This document shows, one piece after another, positions 22,282 to 35,406 of a DNA stretch of 64,000 bases; the stretch's first letter is position 1; the number at the start of each line of letters is the position of its first letter. The stretch is from Batkoa obscura. Lineage: Eukaryota. Where the stretch lies: the NCBI GenBank assembly GCA_030770535.1, contig JASVEC010000023.1, positions 558,001-622,000 on the forward strand. The letters are read 5' to 3'. Made by a program: the position numbers and the translations under genes. The notes under the pieces were generated by a model. The model saw nothing but the letters and a program-made list of their open reading frames with translations, was not told where the DNA came from and made no database searches.

Positions 22282-23743
22282 ATGTTAAAAACAGTGTTGA
22301 TAAATAACTTTGTTTTAATATTAGGTGCACTTTACTTACATAAAGTAATTGAGATATAAATGAATTTGATCTTAGATGAGGGATTTTTTGGTAACCAAAC
22401 CAAGTATTAATCGAGTTTTGGCACTGAAAACTATTTTAAATGAGATCTGACTCACACAGGTGGTAAAGACGATTTACAATGGAAACAACGATATTTTATA
22501 AATTCCGAATATACAAAGAAGAAGAGCCTGAGTTTCTATTTATTAGTAGTGAGCAAGAAATCACCCAAAATTGGGTGGATGTGAGTATTTTTTTAGATGC
22601 AGTCAAAGAATACCAAGGTATCGTATTTGTATTAGAACATCGATTTTATGGTAAGTCAATGCGAAGGAAGACCTTTCAGAAGATAATTTAAAATATTTAA
22701 CTGCCGAATATGCTTTGGGTGACTTGATTACTTTTGCTAGAGAATTTCAATTATCAAAAAGAAAGGAGGAGGATAAAAAAAGAACATGGAATATTACAAC
22801 AATAGAAACAAATACTGAATGGATTATCGGCGGTGCAAGTTATGGTGATACTTTAGCTGCTTAGGTACGTTTATGATATCCAGTGACATTTATTGGTACT
22901 ATTGTATCCTCTGGTCCAGTTGAAGTAAAAGAAGATTTTTTTGAGTATGATGAAATAGTACAGAAACTACTATTTATAAATGGTGGACAAGTTTGTTTGG
23001 ATTATTTCTTAAAAAATACAGAAACTATTGACAATATCTTATTCAATGGTAGTATTGAAGATAAGAAGGTACTAAAATTGACTTTTGGTTGTAGTGGCCT
23101 ATCAAATCATCGATCTGCTGATGCATTAACCTTTATAGCCGGTAAAGTACAAATAAATTATCAAAATGAGCCATCAAATCTTATAACTTTTTGTAGATCA
23201 TTAAAATCAAATAGCAGTGTTGAGGAGATGCTTAATACTTACATAAAAGCATTTAAAGGTTATTTGAATCAAAGTAGAAACTTGTGAGAGTTTAGCTGAT
23301 TTAAATATGCTACAGCAAAAAATAACAATATTGGTCATAAAAAACAATAGTTTTATCAACAATGTACTGAATCTGGATTTCGGCAAACAGCACCAAAGGA
23401 AGGACCAACTGTTAGATCTCGTAATTAACTTTGGGATATTTTCAAGATAATCATTGTAAAAAAGTATTTAAAAAATATAAAGCATCTAGTGCGAATACCC
23501 CAGGAATAAATAAAAAATATGAAGAAAGGCAATCAACTAAAAATAGTAAATTTACTAACGGAGAACTTAACTCTTGGACAGTATTATTCGTAACTAGTTC
23601 CAACGCTAACATTAAGGCTCATATCATTAAGGGGGGCTGTTCACTCCTCGGATTCTAATTATTTGGCTATGACTAGGGATGACAGGAACATAAAAAATGC
23701 TAAAAAGAAGGTCCTAGATTTGATTCGAGATTTATTACAGTAA
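22282..23743 (+). pseudogene. Serine carboxypeptidase S28 family pseudogene
   Basis: Remnant motifs LEHRFYGKS, LKYLTAEYALGDL, WIIGGASYGDTLAA*VRL*YP, SSGPV, FYQQCTESGFRQTAP, with multiple in-frame stops and frameshifts. Confidence 0.85.
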
Positions 23744-23869
23744 AATAAAAACCATAAATTATATAGTTGAAAACCCTTATAAAATACCTACTTATAAATA
23801 TTAATTAATAAAAAAGAAGCAGTATTTTTAAAGAGTTTAAAATATAAGATGTAGTTTTGTTTACAAAAT

Positions 23870-24335
23870 AATGAACATTATGAAATGAGTTTGCAAAACT
23901 GGTGATGTTGTTTCCATTCTTTGGGACATCATTATGATATCTAAATTCACCACTTACCACATATACATTTTAGGCCCTAAATCCTTCAAAGGAGAAGCAA
24001 ATTCAAGAGTTTGCTTCGAATTGACTAGAGTACACTATTTAGAGTCTATCAACAAATAATATGGGCAACTGATTGTAGCCCATATTATTCGATGATCCTT
24101 TTGAAATAAACTGAGACGATACTTCCTTTCATTCATTTATGTTGCCATTGAATTTTGGTGTAATATAGCCATCAACCAAGGATGGAGTATTGAATATACC
24201 ACCAATAGATATCATACCTTCAATCTTTTTAGCTTGATTTGATTGTTTCTTATCATCAGTGTAATGTGTGGCATTTAATGACATCAAAGCGCTTAAATGG
24301 GAGCCAGTGCAAGAGCCTCATAAATAGGTTTTGTT
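23870..24335 (-). pseudogene. Alpha/beta-hydrolase (esterase/lipase-like) pseudogene fragment
   Basis: Minus strand KTYL*GSCTGSHLSALMSLN...IEGMISIGGIFNTP...YITPKF...GEFRYHNDV, homologous to 43068-43954; contains stops. Confidence 0.65.
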
Positions 24336-24757
24336 GCGACTTTTTAAATTAAACATAATTTGTAAACTCGTTTGATGAATCTTTTAAATGAATTAGTGCT
24401 ATACATGATTTTAGATTTCATTTTTGTTGACCCTATTATTTTTAACATTAAAATATGAATTTGATATATTTCATCCAACACTGTATAAATTGATCCAGAA
24501 AATCGTTACTAGTATTATTTTACATCACATATTTACCAAAAAAAATTTTTTACTTTTTTATCATAATGTCACTTAATTATGCTAAAAATAATGTTTAAAA
24601 AAAATTAAAATATATAAAAGACATAAAAAACATTTTATAGAGTACAAGTCAAAAGTAAAAAAAAGTAATAACATACAAGATACCAGATGCTATTGTGTAA
24701 AGCTGATATTGTAAATTAGTGCAAGAACTCAGATCCTTTACCCAGTCACTAACAAGT

Positions 24758-24855
24758 GGGGATATATTTTTTGTTTAAGAATTTTACTAACAAATTTTCC
24801 ACCCAAATAGCGCTTAAAAGATGGAAAAAATAATGAAGCCGAAAAAAACACTCTC
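24758..24855 (-). mobile_element. MITE family A copy
   Basis: GGGGATATATTTTTTG...AAAAACACTCTC flanked by AAGT/GAGT. Explains spurious ORF 24738-25001. Confidence 0.85.
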
Positions 24856-25347
24856 GAGTTTTTAGTAGTTGCTAGTAACTGAGCATAAAGTTTGCATCCT
24901 TCACAGTGGTTTACAATCTTATCTTTTTTCTTTAGCAATTTTTGAAATTTAAAATTTAAGCTATATTCAATATTTTTCAAATATCTAATTGTAGTTTTCA
25001 TTATTATTAAATTAAATTAAAAACTAGATAAACATAAACATGTTTAAATATTAAACTAGCCATTATTCAATCAATATGAGCTTATTGAACCAAGTTTTAA
25101 ATATAAGTTACCAGACTTAAACCAGTTTGGAATAAATACTCCGTAATTGAATAGGATCGGAGTATTTGAAACCCAAATGATAGGTTCAATAAAATTAATG
25201 AATTTTAAGGCTAAAATTGCAATAAAGTTATGGTAACTTTTGCAGTAAAATAACAATAATTACAACATTTCAAAGTTAAAATAAAATAGTCTCTAATCCT
25301 AATCAAACTTCCAATTTATAAATAACGACTTTGTAAATAAAAATATT

Positions 25348-26519
25348 ATGACTTCTTCACCAAATGATAATGTGACTGATAAGATCAATATATTAACTTA
25401 TAATTTCTTTATTCGACCCCCCGGAATTAATAATAATGGTAATGATTATAAAGATAAAAGAATTGATATGTTTTGTCATTCAGCATTGTCGTTTTATGAT
25501 ATTGTTTGTTTTCAAGAAATGTTTTCTTTTGGTTCAAGTAGAAGACAAAAAGTCATTGATTTAGCTCAACAGTCTGGTTTCCCTTATTTTAAAGCTAGTA
25601 GAATTCCATGTTTCGTTACTGGTATTGATGGTGGTTTATTAATGTTATCTAGATACCCAATGGTTCGTACGGATGAATTGGTTTTTACTTCTGGAGTAAT
25701 GAGTGATAGGTAATTAGAAAATTAAGATTTATTTAAGGTTTTTTTTATGACTATGTGTTTTTAGATTTTCTTATAAAGGATGTTTATACGCTAAAATTAA
25801 CATTCGAGATAACTTTCACTTTCATATATTTACCACTCATACACAAGCTAGTTATGAAAATGATTTACCGTTATCTGATGTCAGTGTACAAGCAAGACTT
25901 AAACAATTTAGCGAAATAAGAGCATTTATGGATCAAAATTTAGTCAACAAACCAGCAGGAGAACCCGTGTTTTTTTTGGGTGATTTAAACGTTAATGGAA
26001 GAGTTACAAAGTTTGAAAATGATAATCGATCGAGTAATGAATATTTAGCAATGTACCAAATTTTGTGTGAAGGTAGTTATGAGTCATCAAATAGTACTAC
26101 TTTAAATGAAAAATCAGTTAGTAAATCTTTAGTATTTAAAGATTTATTAAAAGAAAAATTTGGTTATCATCCTATTACTTATGGTGATTTTAAAGAGGAT
26201 GGGGATGGTACAGCTATTGCTAAAGAAAAGGTATTGACATTAAAAATGGATCAATTATCTTGTTTATCTTTAGATTATATCTTTTTACTAGATGAATCAA
26301 AAAACAAGGATAATAACAACAATAGTAACAATACTTTATTTAAAGCAGAAGTTGCTAATTTACATATTGAAGAGATGAATAATGAAATTCCAACTCAAGA
26401 TTTCCCTTGTACCCAACTATCAGGTAAGCTTTAATTTATTATATGTTTTATAATTGTTAATATTTGACTATTTAGATCATTATGGTGTCAGTGCTCAAAT
26501 TTTAGTTAAAAAATTATAG
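25348..26519 (+). CDS. Endonuclease/exonuclease/phosphatase-family enzyme, sphingomyelinase-like
   Basis: NILTYNFFIRPPG, DIVCFQEMF, IDGGLLMLSRYP, FTTHTQASY, FLGDLNVNG, LDYIF, LSDHYGV. Exons about 25348-25709, 25765-26423, 26476-26519. Confidence 0.85.
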
Positions 26520-26852
26520 TCCATTTTACTATTCCATTAGCTATTTTAAATATAAACTGAACTGCTTTTATTTAAATTTAGTAATAAAATATACCTTCAT
26601 TAATAAGTTTTGATTTATCAATATATAATAGTTGCAATTAGCAAGTTGACTATTTTGTTCTTGAGTTAATATCAAATTAAATGTAACTTTAAAGGGCATT
26701 CAATCATATATGTCAATATTACTGGGAGATACTTGCATATGATTTCAATTAAAATCCTTACCTTAAATTACTTTGATAACTTTAATTCAATTCAGTAGTC
26801 ATTTTTATAATTTATTATTATAATAACCTTAACAAACAATTATAAATATAAT

Positions 26853-27991
26853 TTATTTATCTTCAGTATGAATTTTCAAAAACTTTAAATAAGCAACTGG
26901 AGCAAAATTATCATCTGAAATAACTACTGGTAAGGCCTCATCACTAATAATACAAATAAACTATTACACTAAAAAACCAATATTAAACTTACATAACTAA
27001 TCGTTTTTTAAATAATGGACAATCTAGAGTTAATGATTCAAATTCTCCACCTTCTCCACATACATTAATACCAAATTTTTGGCCCTAAATAAAATAATAT
27101 TAAATAAAACTAAGTTATAGACACAGTATTTTTTACCAATGTTAATAAAATTGGATACATTTCTCCCAATTCTTTACCAAGATAATCTTTTTTTAAACCT
27201 GAAATGAAATAAAATATCACCTTATAATTGTTCTTATCAATGTATATCTACTAATTACCCATAGCAGCTACTTTAATTAAAATAGCTTTTAAACCAGAAC
27301 CAATCATATCTGATAATAACCCTATTTGTTCTCGTTGCCAAAGATAAGCTAATGGTTTTAAACCTAACCTTTCACAGCTAAAAATAATTAACTAAAATTC
27401 TTATCAAAAAGTGGACTAAAAACCTTACACATTCTCCACTCTTTTATTTTGATAACTAGAAAATATAGCACCAACGGATACCCCTTCAATATCGGGTATT
27501 TCTTTCTATATTAATTAAATTAAAACCTTCAACATATATAAAAGCGTATTTGTTATGTTAACATTATTTACTTTAATTTTACTTAACAATAAGAACAAAT
27601 CCTCCGTTTCGTCATCTTTAGTTTCTTTATACTCCATTTCTTGATTAACTGGTTTTCCTACTATTGGTTGTCTATAAAGTGGTAATTGCATACACTCAGC
27701 ATAAACTTCAATAACATCATGACCTACTGTTTGGTACATATAACTATCCAATTCATCTTTCATTGAATGTTTTAGTGATTTAATAAAGAATTAATGAAAT
27801 TTACCTTTTCCACTTTCAATAGTGGGATGTAAATTAGCTAAAGCTAGAATCTCATGGCCATGTTGGACACACTCCATCATATTATAACAACTATCTTTAC
27901 CACCACTAGAAGATAGGATTAGTATTATTATTAGTAAATATTTAAACTATTTTAGGATATCAAATTACCTTATTAAGGCTACTACTTTCAT
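26853..27991 (-). CDS. DPH6: Diphthine-ammonia ligase (short, ATPase domain only)
   Basis: Spliced translation MKVVALISGGKDSCYNM...DELDSYMYQTVGHDVIE...SVGAIFSSYQKIRVENVCERLGLKPLAYLWQREQ...NVCGEGGEFESLTLDCPLFK...DDNFAPVAYLKF; several short introns. Confidence 0.92.
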
Positions 27992-28223
27992 CTTATTTAT
28001 TTTCTACAAAATTTTGAAATTGTTTGTATTTAGTTTGATGATAAAAAATCAACTGTTATTTTATTGGTAAAGTTTTAACTTTGAAATTTAATAGTCCAAC
28101 GTCACATAGCAACATCGAAAAATTCCAATCCATACTAACCAATCAACTCATAATTTATATCTGATAAAAAAAGCAATATTTTAATTACTATCAATGTTAT
28201 TTTCTTTTTAACATCTTAAAATT

Positions 28224-29485
28224 ATGTTACGTACACTTTTAAATACTAAACCTAAATTTTCTCAAAAGGTAAACACTTAATACAGTATCATTTTTATTTT
28301 TATTTATATTTTGTTAATTACTAGGTCTTCTCGGCCATTAAACAAAGCTATGCTTCCACTGCCAATTTATCTACATTAGTAGTGATTGAACATAAAGATG
28401 GTAAAATCAATACAGAATCTCTCAGCGCATTAAATGCAGCTAGTAAAGTAAGTGGTAGTGAAATCACCTGTTTAGTTGCTGGCTCCGAAGTGGATGCTAT
28501 TTCTAAAGAAGTCTCGAAATTAGCTGGAGTTTCTAAAGTATTAGTAGCTAATAATGAAAATTATTTACATCCAGTAGCTGAATCATTTGCGCCCTTAATT
28601 GCCAAATTACAAAAAGATCATAGTTTTTCGCATATCTTTGGAGCTAATTCCGCTTTTGGTAAAAATGTATTTCCTAGAGTAGCCGCTTTATTAGATGTCG
28701 CTCAAATCTCCGATATCACTGGTGTTGAAGCTGAGGATACTTTTGTTAGACCTATTTATGCTGGTAAAAAAATTCTTTTTGTAATTGAATAGAAGATTAA
28801 TGAAGAATTTAATTGATTAGGTAATGCTATCTCGAAAGTTAAATCCACTGATCCAATTAAGATTGTAACTGTTAGAGGTACTGCATTTTCAGCAGTTGAA
28901 TCTGGAAGCTCGGAGGCAGCTGTTGAAAAAGCTTCTGAAGCTGAAGGTTCTGGTAAGGCTTTTTACTTTATTTTATTTTTATTCGTTCAAACCGCTAATT
29001 TTGAATCACTTTATTAGACCTTACTAAGTGGGTTGGAGAAGAATTAGTCAAAAGTGATCGTCCTGAATTAAGTACTGCAAGTAAAGTAGTGTCGGGTGGT
29101 CGTGGATTAAAAAATGGAGAAAACTTTAAATTATTATATGATTTATCCGATAAATTAGGTGCAGCTGGTATGTTAATCCAATATCTTTGTTATTTATGAT
29201 TCATTTATTGACTTATTTCATTTAGTTGGTGCCTCCCGTGCTGCTGTTGACGCTGGTTATGTTGATAATTCTTTACAAGTTGGACAAACTGGTAAAATTG
29301 TAGCGCCTGAACTTTATATTGCTGTCGGCATTTCAGGTGCTATTCAACATTTAGCTGGTATGAAAGATTCCAAGGTTATTGTTGCTATTAATAAAGATCC
29401 TGAAGCTCCTATCTTCCAAGTGGCGGATTATGGGTTAGTTGGAGATCTCTTTAAAGTTGTACCTGAATTAACGGAAAAGCTTTAA
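28224..29485 (+). CDS. ETFA: Electron transfer flavoprotein alpha subunit, mitochondrial
   Basis: [15 protein letters not shown]...[11 protein letters not shown]...[25 protein letters not shown]...[11 protein letters not shown]...[33 protein letters not shown]; about 4 introns. Confidence 0.96.
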
Positions 29486-29976
29486 ATTTAAAATAAAATT
29501 GGTTTGAAGTACATACATTACGCTATGTTTCTATTTGTTTATTGTTTAGTGGATTGATGTATGATGTCTATGTATTTTTGTTACATGGTTTAAATTAAAA
29601 AGCATCATTGCATATTAATAAAATAATCTTCAATTGGGTTTAGTTAAGTCTATTGTAAAACTTATCAAGTTTGTTTTCATTCCAAATCGTTAGACTTAAT
29701 TTGAGATATTTTAATCTACTCTCAATAACATTGATATAATAAAAATTATATATTATAGCAATACTAAATTAAAATTTATAATAATAACAATTTAAATAAT
29801 ATAAAAACTATTAACTGTAATCAATATGATTTTAATAATCAAGTTTAAAATTTACAAATAGCTATAATTTAATAAGCCCACCACTATCTTCAATAATAGA
29901 AAAGTATAACTCTATCCCATTCAATAATTTTGACCATTTCATGTTAAATAAGCGTGCTCTAAAAGAAAAAAATTAA

Positions 29977-30909
29977 TCAATAAATCAATCCTAACCAAAA
30001 AAAATCCATTTCACTTACTTCATCCTCTCCCATTTCCTCTTCACTTTCTTCTCTTTCCCTATTTTTCATCCTTTCCACCTTATCCGCGAGTAACTTATTT
30101 GATATTAGCGTTGATGCTACTACTAATTTATTACAACCAGCCACAGGGCATTTCGCCTTAGCTTTCTTTTTTACATAGCCCAATATAGCGTTTCTAGAAT
30201 ACGTATGTTGACACGGTTTATTAGTTACTGGATTTTCTAACCAATTAGTAGTAATGGGACATTTTAAGTTTTCTTTTTGAGAAGATATAAGAACTTCGTC
30301 ATCTTCTTCAGAAGAACCTGAAAGCTCTTTGGCAACATCCGGGAGTACGCTATCTTTATGTAAAACTGAGTATATGTTTTGTTTAAATTGTAAATAATTT
30401 TCATTGTGTGAATATTTTTTTCGAGTAGATAAAGACTCGTATTCAAAAGTCTCGTTTTCAACTTGAGCAGTAAAAGCATCAAGTAAAGAAGACTAAAGTA
30501 GAATATTAATCGGACTAGTTAAAAAAAATAATTTGTTACCTGTAAAGCTTCACCTTCCGAATCTTTGATAATTTTTTTTGAAATATTTAATTGATTTTGA
30601 TAAATTTGTACTAGATGTTGTTGTTTTAATATCTCTAAAAAATCTTTTTCAATTTGCTTTACCTAAATGGTTTTAAATTATCATTTTAATTGAAATAGAT
30701 TAATTTACCTCTTCACGAGCTCCACTTTCTTCCATATCAATACCAATTTCTTGAAAAAGTGGTATCGTTTTATTAATACATTCTTCTACTTCTTTAATCC
30801 CTTTTTCAATTTGATATAGTTTATTAACATAAATATTAGGTGGATCGAATTTTAATGGTATATTACTGAAATCAGGTAATTCAATCATACAATCTTCTTC
30901 GTCTTCCAT
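29977..30909 (-). CDS. NSE2: SMC5/6 SUMO E3 ligase NSE2/MMS21 (SP-RING)
   Basis: Last exon encodes NLKCPITTNWLENPVTNKPCQHTYSRNAILGYV...AKCPVAGCNK (SP-RING), preceded by helical exons; introns about 30494-30539 and 30663-30708. Confidence 0.85.
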
Positions 30910-31011
30910 AATAATATAAATTTAAAATTAGATGGAAAAATGCAAAAAGATTAAAAAGTGAAACTCGAAATTTAAGAGTTCAAAATATTTATTAGAAATA
31001 ATAAAATAGTT

Positions 31012-31725
31012 TTAATTACGAATAACGTAATTACTACTTGGATGACAGATATGATTTAAACGTAACTGATGAGACGGATTATGCCATTGAGTTTTACAAT
31101 ATCTTCCATACCAACAATTTTTTCTTATTAATATAGTATCCTCTTGAAATGGAGCAAGTTCTGAATGTGATAATGTAGCTCTATAAAGAAAGGCCAATTC
31201 ATTAAATAATTTATCAATTGTGCAAGTATCGCAAACTACAGTATCAATATTAAAATCTGTTAATTTACAATCCGATAAATTAATTTGTTTATTTTGTATT
31301 TTATCTACTATTTTCTTATATAATTCTTTAGGTGTTATATTATCAGCTAATAAATATTTTTTGAAGATTTGACTCTCAATTGAATTTCCCCAAAACCAGG
31401 TTTCTGGAAAATTTTCAGGCTCAAATTGAGACCAAATTCGAAATTGAGTATTTACCCCTACATCATTAACTGTTTCAGAACAAGATGGACAATAAGATTT
31501 ATCACATAATGAACAGCTTTTATCTTTATTTAATTGTTTTGGAAATAAATTATTGCATAAAGTGCAGCAGCTATGAATTTCGTTTGATTGACAAACATAA
31601 CGATTATATTCTGGTAACATTGGTAAACAATAGCAACATTTATATGGGTGAATTATTGGAATCGATTGACTTTCATAGCCCATAAATCTTTTGTATGATT
31701 CTTCATCTACCATTAATTTAATAGA

Positions 31726-31767
<42 letters not shown>

Positions 31768-32607
31768 TATTAGTTTCAAAAATATAGGTTTAAACGTATC
31801 GTTTGGCTGATAAGTAAATTCAATCGATTTAATGATTGGTCGATTTCTTTTAAAAAATATTGTATATTTAGGTGACATAGGATTGTTTGATATGATAGGT
31901 GGTTTTATACAATCTTTAATAAATAATTCAACAACTTCTTTTTTAAGATTTCTTTGTTGAATTTCATCTTTAGTTATTTGTTTTTCTTTATAAATTGTTA
32001 AATAAGTTTGGCAAAGTTGATAAAGTAATCTATTGGCTTGGGCACTGTTAATTGACTGACGACAAATGGGACAATTAGGATTTTCAAAATAACATTGGGC
32101 AATACATGAACCACAAAAAGTATGAAAACATGGAAAGATAGATACTGGGTGATCGTAAATATTATAACATATTGGACATGTCAAATTTTCTTCAAATCCT
32201 TTAACAATTAATCTATTTTTATCATTTTCATTGACTTTAAGCTCGAATTCATGAATCTTATTCTCATTTCCTTTTATACTGATTCTATCCCCATCTTTAA
32301 TATCATATGGCTTTTTAATGACTAAATTGACGTTATTCAAGCTGACACTCCCAACATAACTCTTTAATTGAAAACACTTCTTATTTAACTCAACCACATC
32401 CTCATCACTACCATTATCAAATAATTGATTAAATTTAATAATCATAACATCATCCATCAAATCAATTACTTTCTCTTCACTCCCATCTGTTACTTTCAAA
32501 TTCATTGAACCCCAACTTTGTTCAATTCTACTACTTTTTTGAATACTAAAATCCTCATCTTTATCTAGACCACTACGTTTCATACCAATAAGTGTAGATT
32601 GACTCAT
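31012..32607 (-). CDS. CHFR-like E3 ubiquitin ligase (degenerate FHA-like region, C3HC4 RING, Cys-rich domain, PBZ-like C-terminus), copy 1
   Basis: RING CPICYNIYDHPVSIFPCFHTFCGSC...CPICR; C-terminal RKNCWYGRYCKTQWHNPSHQLRLNHIC resembles the CHFR C-terminal PAR-binding motif; intronless. Confidence 0.8.
31727..31766. repeat. (AAT)n microsatellite encoding poly-Asn in CHFR-like copy 1
   Basis: Run of TTA triplets on the + strand, giving about 13 Asn on the - strand. Confidence 0.9.
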
Positions 32608-33280
32608 TTTTTAAATTCAATTAAATTTGTTTCCTTGATTTCAGTTTCTTATTTCTGAACTTTTAAAAGTAGACTTCAACCTATTTATATCCAAGTTTCA
32701 CCCCTTTTTCTATTACTGCGGAAAGTTGATGAACTCCCCTTACTTAAATTTTATAAACAAATTGTTCTGTAACTTGACTCCTTTGCTGCGTAGTATTCTT
32801 TGGACTAGGTTGATTGTATGATTTGTTGAATTAATGAATTAAAACTTCAAAAAAGTTAAAAATATTCAGTTGATGATTTGAACTCAAGTATTCTTTTCAA
32901 TTTGAATTTTTACTAGAGTATCTGCCCAAAGAACAGACCCAGCCGCTTAAGTTGAGAAAGTGGATTCTTCGTTTCAAAGTGGGCAAAAATACTCCTGAAT
33001 TTTAGATTGGGGTCTAAGATGACGCCAATTTAAATCCCAAGCTTAATAAAGGGCTAATATAAAATAATGTATTAGCAAATAATAGTTGCATTATATAATC
33101 AGTTATTTGGGAATAATAATAATAATGTTCAATTAAATAAATGATTAAATTATGGAATATCCACTTTATCTTGAAATTTTTTTTGTTTATAGAGCAACCT
33201 TTCAAATCAAAAACCATTGGTTAAAGGTTAAACTTTCGAGAACATTTAAAATCAATAGCCTGAAGTTCTACTACCTTAAT

Positions 33281-33400
33281 TCTTGAAACGCGCAAACTAA
33301 TTTTCTAATATCCAATCAAACAAATACAAAAGAAATGTGCTTGTTGCGCGAATGAGAGGATGACTTTCAATGATTGCGCAGCCAATGTAAAGTTATCTGA
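33281..33400 (+). promoter_or_regulatory. Conserved promoter block with CGCG/GCGC motifs upstream of CHFR-like copy 2
   Basis: GAAACGCGCAAA, TTGCGCGAA and TGCGCAGCCAAT align in order and spacing with AAAACACGCTAAA, CTGCGCGAT and AGCGCAGCTATT at about 36224-36340 upstream of copy 3. Confidence 0.55.
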
Positions 33401-33510
33401 GTTATTACTGATATGATATTTATAATATAAATAGAATAGCAATAAAATTTAAAGCCAATAAAAAATAATCAAGCCACTATCAAGAAATTCGAGAATTCTG
33501 CACTCAAAAC

Positions 33511-35136
33511 ATGTTTAAAAACCCTTTTGTAAGAACCAAACGTATTAGTGAAAGTAAAGGTGGAAGTGTTGGTTCCAGCCCATGTAAACGAACCAATTAT
33601 AACTTCACTATTCCATGGGGAGTATTATTTATCAGAAATATACCTAGTTCTGAAGTGAAAGCGATTAATTTAATCAATGATATAGAAGAGATTCGATACA
33701 ACCAGTTGTTGAATAGCGGATTTAATGAAGTAGTATTTGCATTTAGCTATAATTTAGATTATAATTTAGATTATAATTTAATTTGTTATTTTGACGGAGT
33801 TTATCTAAATCAATCACCTTTGGATAAAGGAAAACAGTATAACTTTAAAAATGAAGATGAGCTAGTTATTAAGTTGAAGGATAACCAACAACTTAAAATA
33901 GATATTCAAATTAAAATGGAACAAACTAATAAGGTTATCAAAGATGTTAAAGATAATCTAAACTGCACTATTTGTAAATATAGTTATTCTTTTCCAATCA
34001 CAATTATCCCATGCTTTCATACTTTCTGTGGTAAATGTATTATTCAAGAGTTCAAAAGTGATATATTAACATGTCCAGTGTGTAACCAATCGGTATGTAA
34101 AGTTTATAAGAATGATACACTTTTACAAATAGTACATAAATTAGTATTAAATAGTGATGGAAGTGAACCAAGCCCATTGGAATCTAATCATAAGTATATT
34201 GATATTCGAAAAGTGAAGAAAATGATTAGTAAATATTTTGATAGCAATGAAATGCAAGAAATATCCCAATGTGTTTATGAAATTAGTTTTAAACGTAATA
34301 GACCAGTTATTAAATCAATTGAGCCGGTTGTTAATTATAATGGCGAATATAAGCAAGTTATCTTAAACTCAAATGGGAAAGGAAATGATAAGTTATTCAA
34401 CATTAATGTGGATTTGGAATCTTATAATAAATATAATAAATATAAAGATCAAGATATTGTTCCAATTCATTCATATAAATGTACTTATTGCTTACCAGTT
34501 GATAGTCAACCATCAAGATACTTATGTAGTAAATATGAACATCATATAATATGTGATATATGTACTTTTTTTTATCCAAGGAAATTAAAGAAGAATAAAA
34601 GTAGTTGCGCATTGTGCTATACTAATTCTTGTCCTTCTTGTGATTTAATATTATATGAATTGGGAATTAAATTAGAGTCAAAAAGATGGATAGCTTATCA
34701 ACCTAAATCTTTTCCATCGATTTGGTTTAATAGTAATACAATAGATAGTCAAATATTTCAAAATTATTTGGATTATTGTAATTTATCACCAACTACCTTT
34801 TATCGACGTATTATTACTAAGATTCAAAATAAAGAGATACTATTACAAGATTTCAAATACCAAAGTTTAACTTGGGATACAAAAGTTTGTGACTTTTGTG
34901 TCAATAATGAATTATTTAATGAATTGGCTTTTCATTTTAGAGCTCAAATGACAAATGAAGAGTTACAATTGTTTCAAGAGGATATCAATATGAAGAGGAA
35001 AGATTGTTATTTTGGTAGAAAATGTGTTAAAAAATTGAGAACAAAAGGCAGAGAGGATTATAATCATGCTTGTCATCCTTGGGATAAATATTATGAGGAT
35101 AACTCTACTGAAAAGAATATTTTTGATTTGAGATAA
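33511..35136 (+). CDS. CHFR-like RING E3 ligase, copy 2
   Basis: RING CTICKYSYSFPITIIPCFHTFCGKC...CPVC; Cys-rich region; RKDCYFGRKC...YNHACH; homologous to copy 1; intronless. Confidence 0.8.
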   Translation: MFKNPFVRTKRISESKGGSVGSSPCKRTNYNFTIPWGVLFIRNIPSSEVKAINLINDIEEIRYNQLLNSGFNEVVFAFSYNLDYNLDYNLICYFDGVYLNQSPLDKGKQYNFKNEDELVIKLKDNQQLKIDIQIKMEQTNKVIKDVKDNLNCTICKYSYSFPITIIPCFHTFCGKCIIQEFKSDILTCPVCNQSVCKVYKNDTLLQIVHKLVLNSDGSEPSPLESNHKYIDIRKVKKMISKYFDSNEMQEISQCVYEISFKRNRPVIKSIEPVVNYNGEYKQVILNSNGKGNDKLFNINVDLESYNKYNKYKDQDIVPIHSYKCTYCLPVDSQPSRYLCSKYEHHIICDICTFFYPRKLKKNKSSCALCYTNSCPSCDLILYELGIKLESKRWIAYQPKSFPSIWFNSNTIDSQIFQNYLDYCNLSPTTFYRRIITKIQNKEILLQDFKYQSLTWDTKVCDFCVNNELFNELAFHFRAQMTNEELQLFQEDINMKRKDCYFGRKCVKKLRTKGREDYNHACHPWDKYYEDNSTEKNIFDLR

Positions 35137-35309
35137 CATTATTGTATTTTTTTAAAAATTTCTCCCTCCTATTTCTAATATCATTTTAATGTAATTTATT
35201 ACTTAATGCTGGTATGCTTTTATCTTAAACTTTAATAAATTACAAATCTTTTGTTTTGTACTTTCAATGATTTTATTTTAACTTTATTCTTTTGATACAC
35301 TTGATATAT

Positions 35310-35406
35310 GGGGGTGTATCTTTTGTTTAAGAATTTTATCAACAACCTTTTTGCTCAAATAGCACCTAAAAAATCGAAAAGGTGATGAAACCAAAAAAAC
35401 ATCCTC
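35310..35406 (-). mobile_element. MITE family A copy
   Basis: GGGGGTGTATCTTTTG...AAACATCCTC with ATAT TSD. Confidence 0.85.

Noticed and set aside
23993..24090. Two short hairpins (GAAGCAAA...TTTGCTTC; AATAATATGGGC...GCCCATATTATT)
   Set aside because: They lie within a decayed coding sequence and have no other RNA-gene hallmarks.
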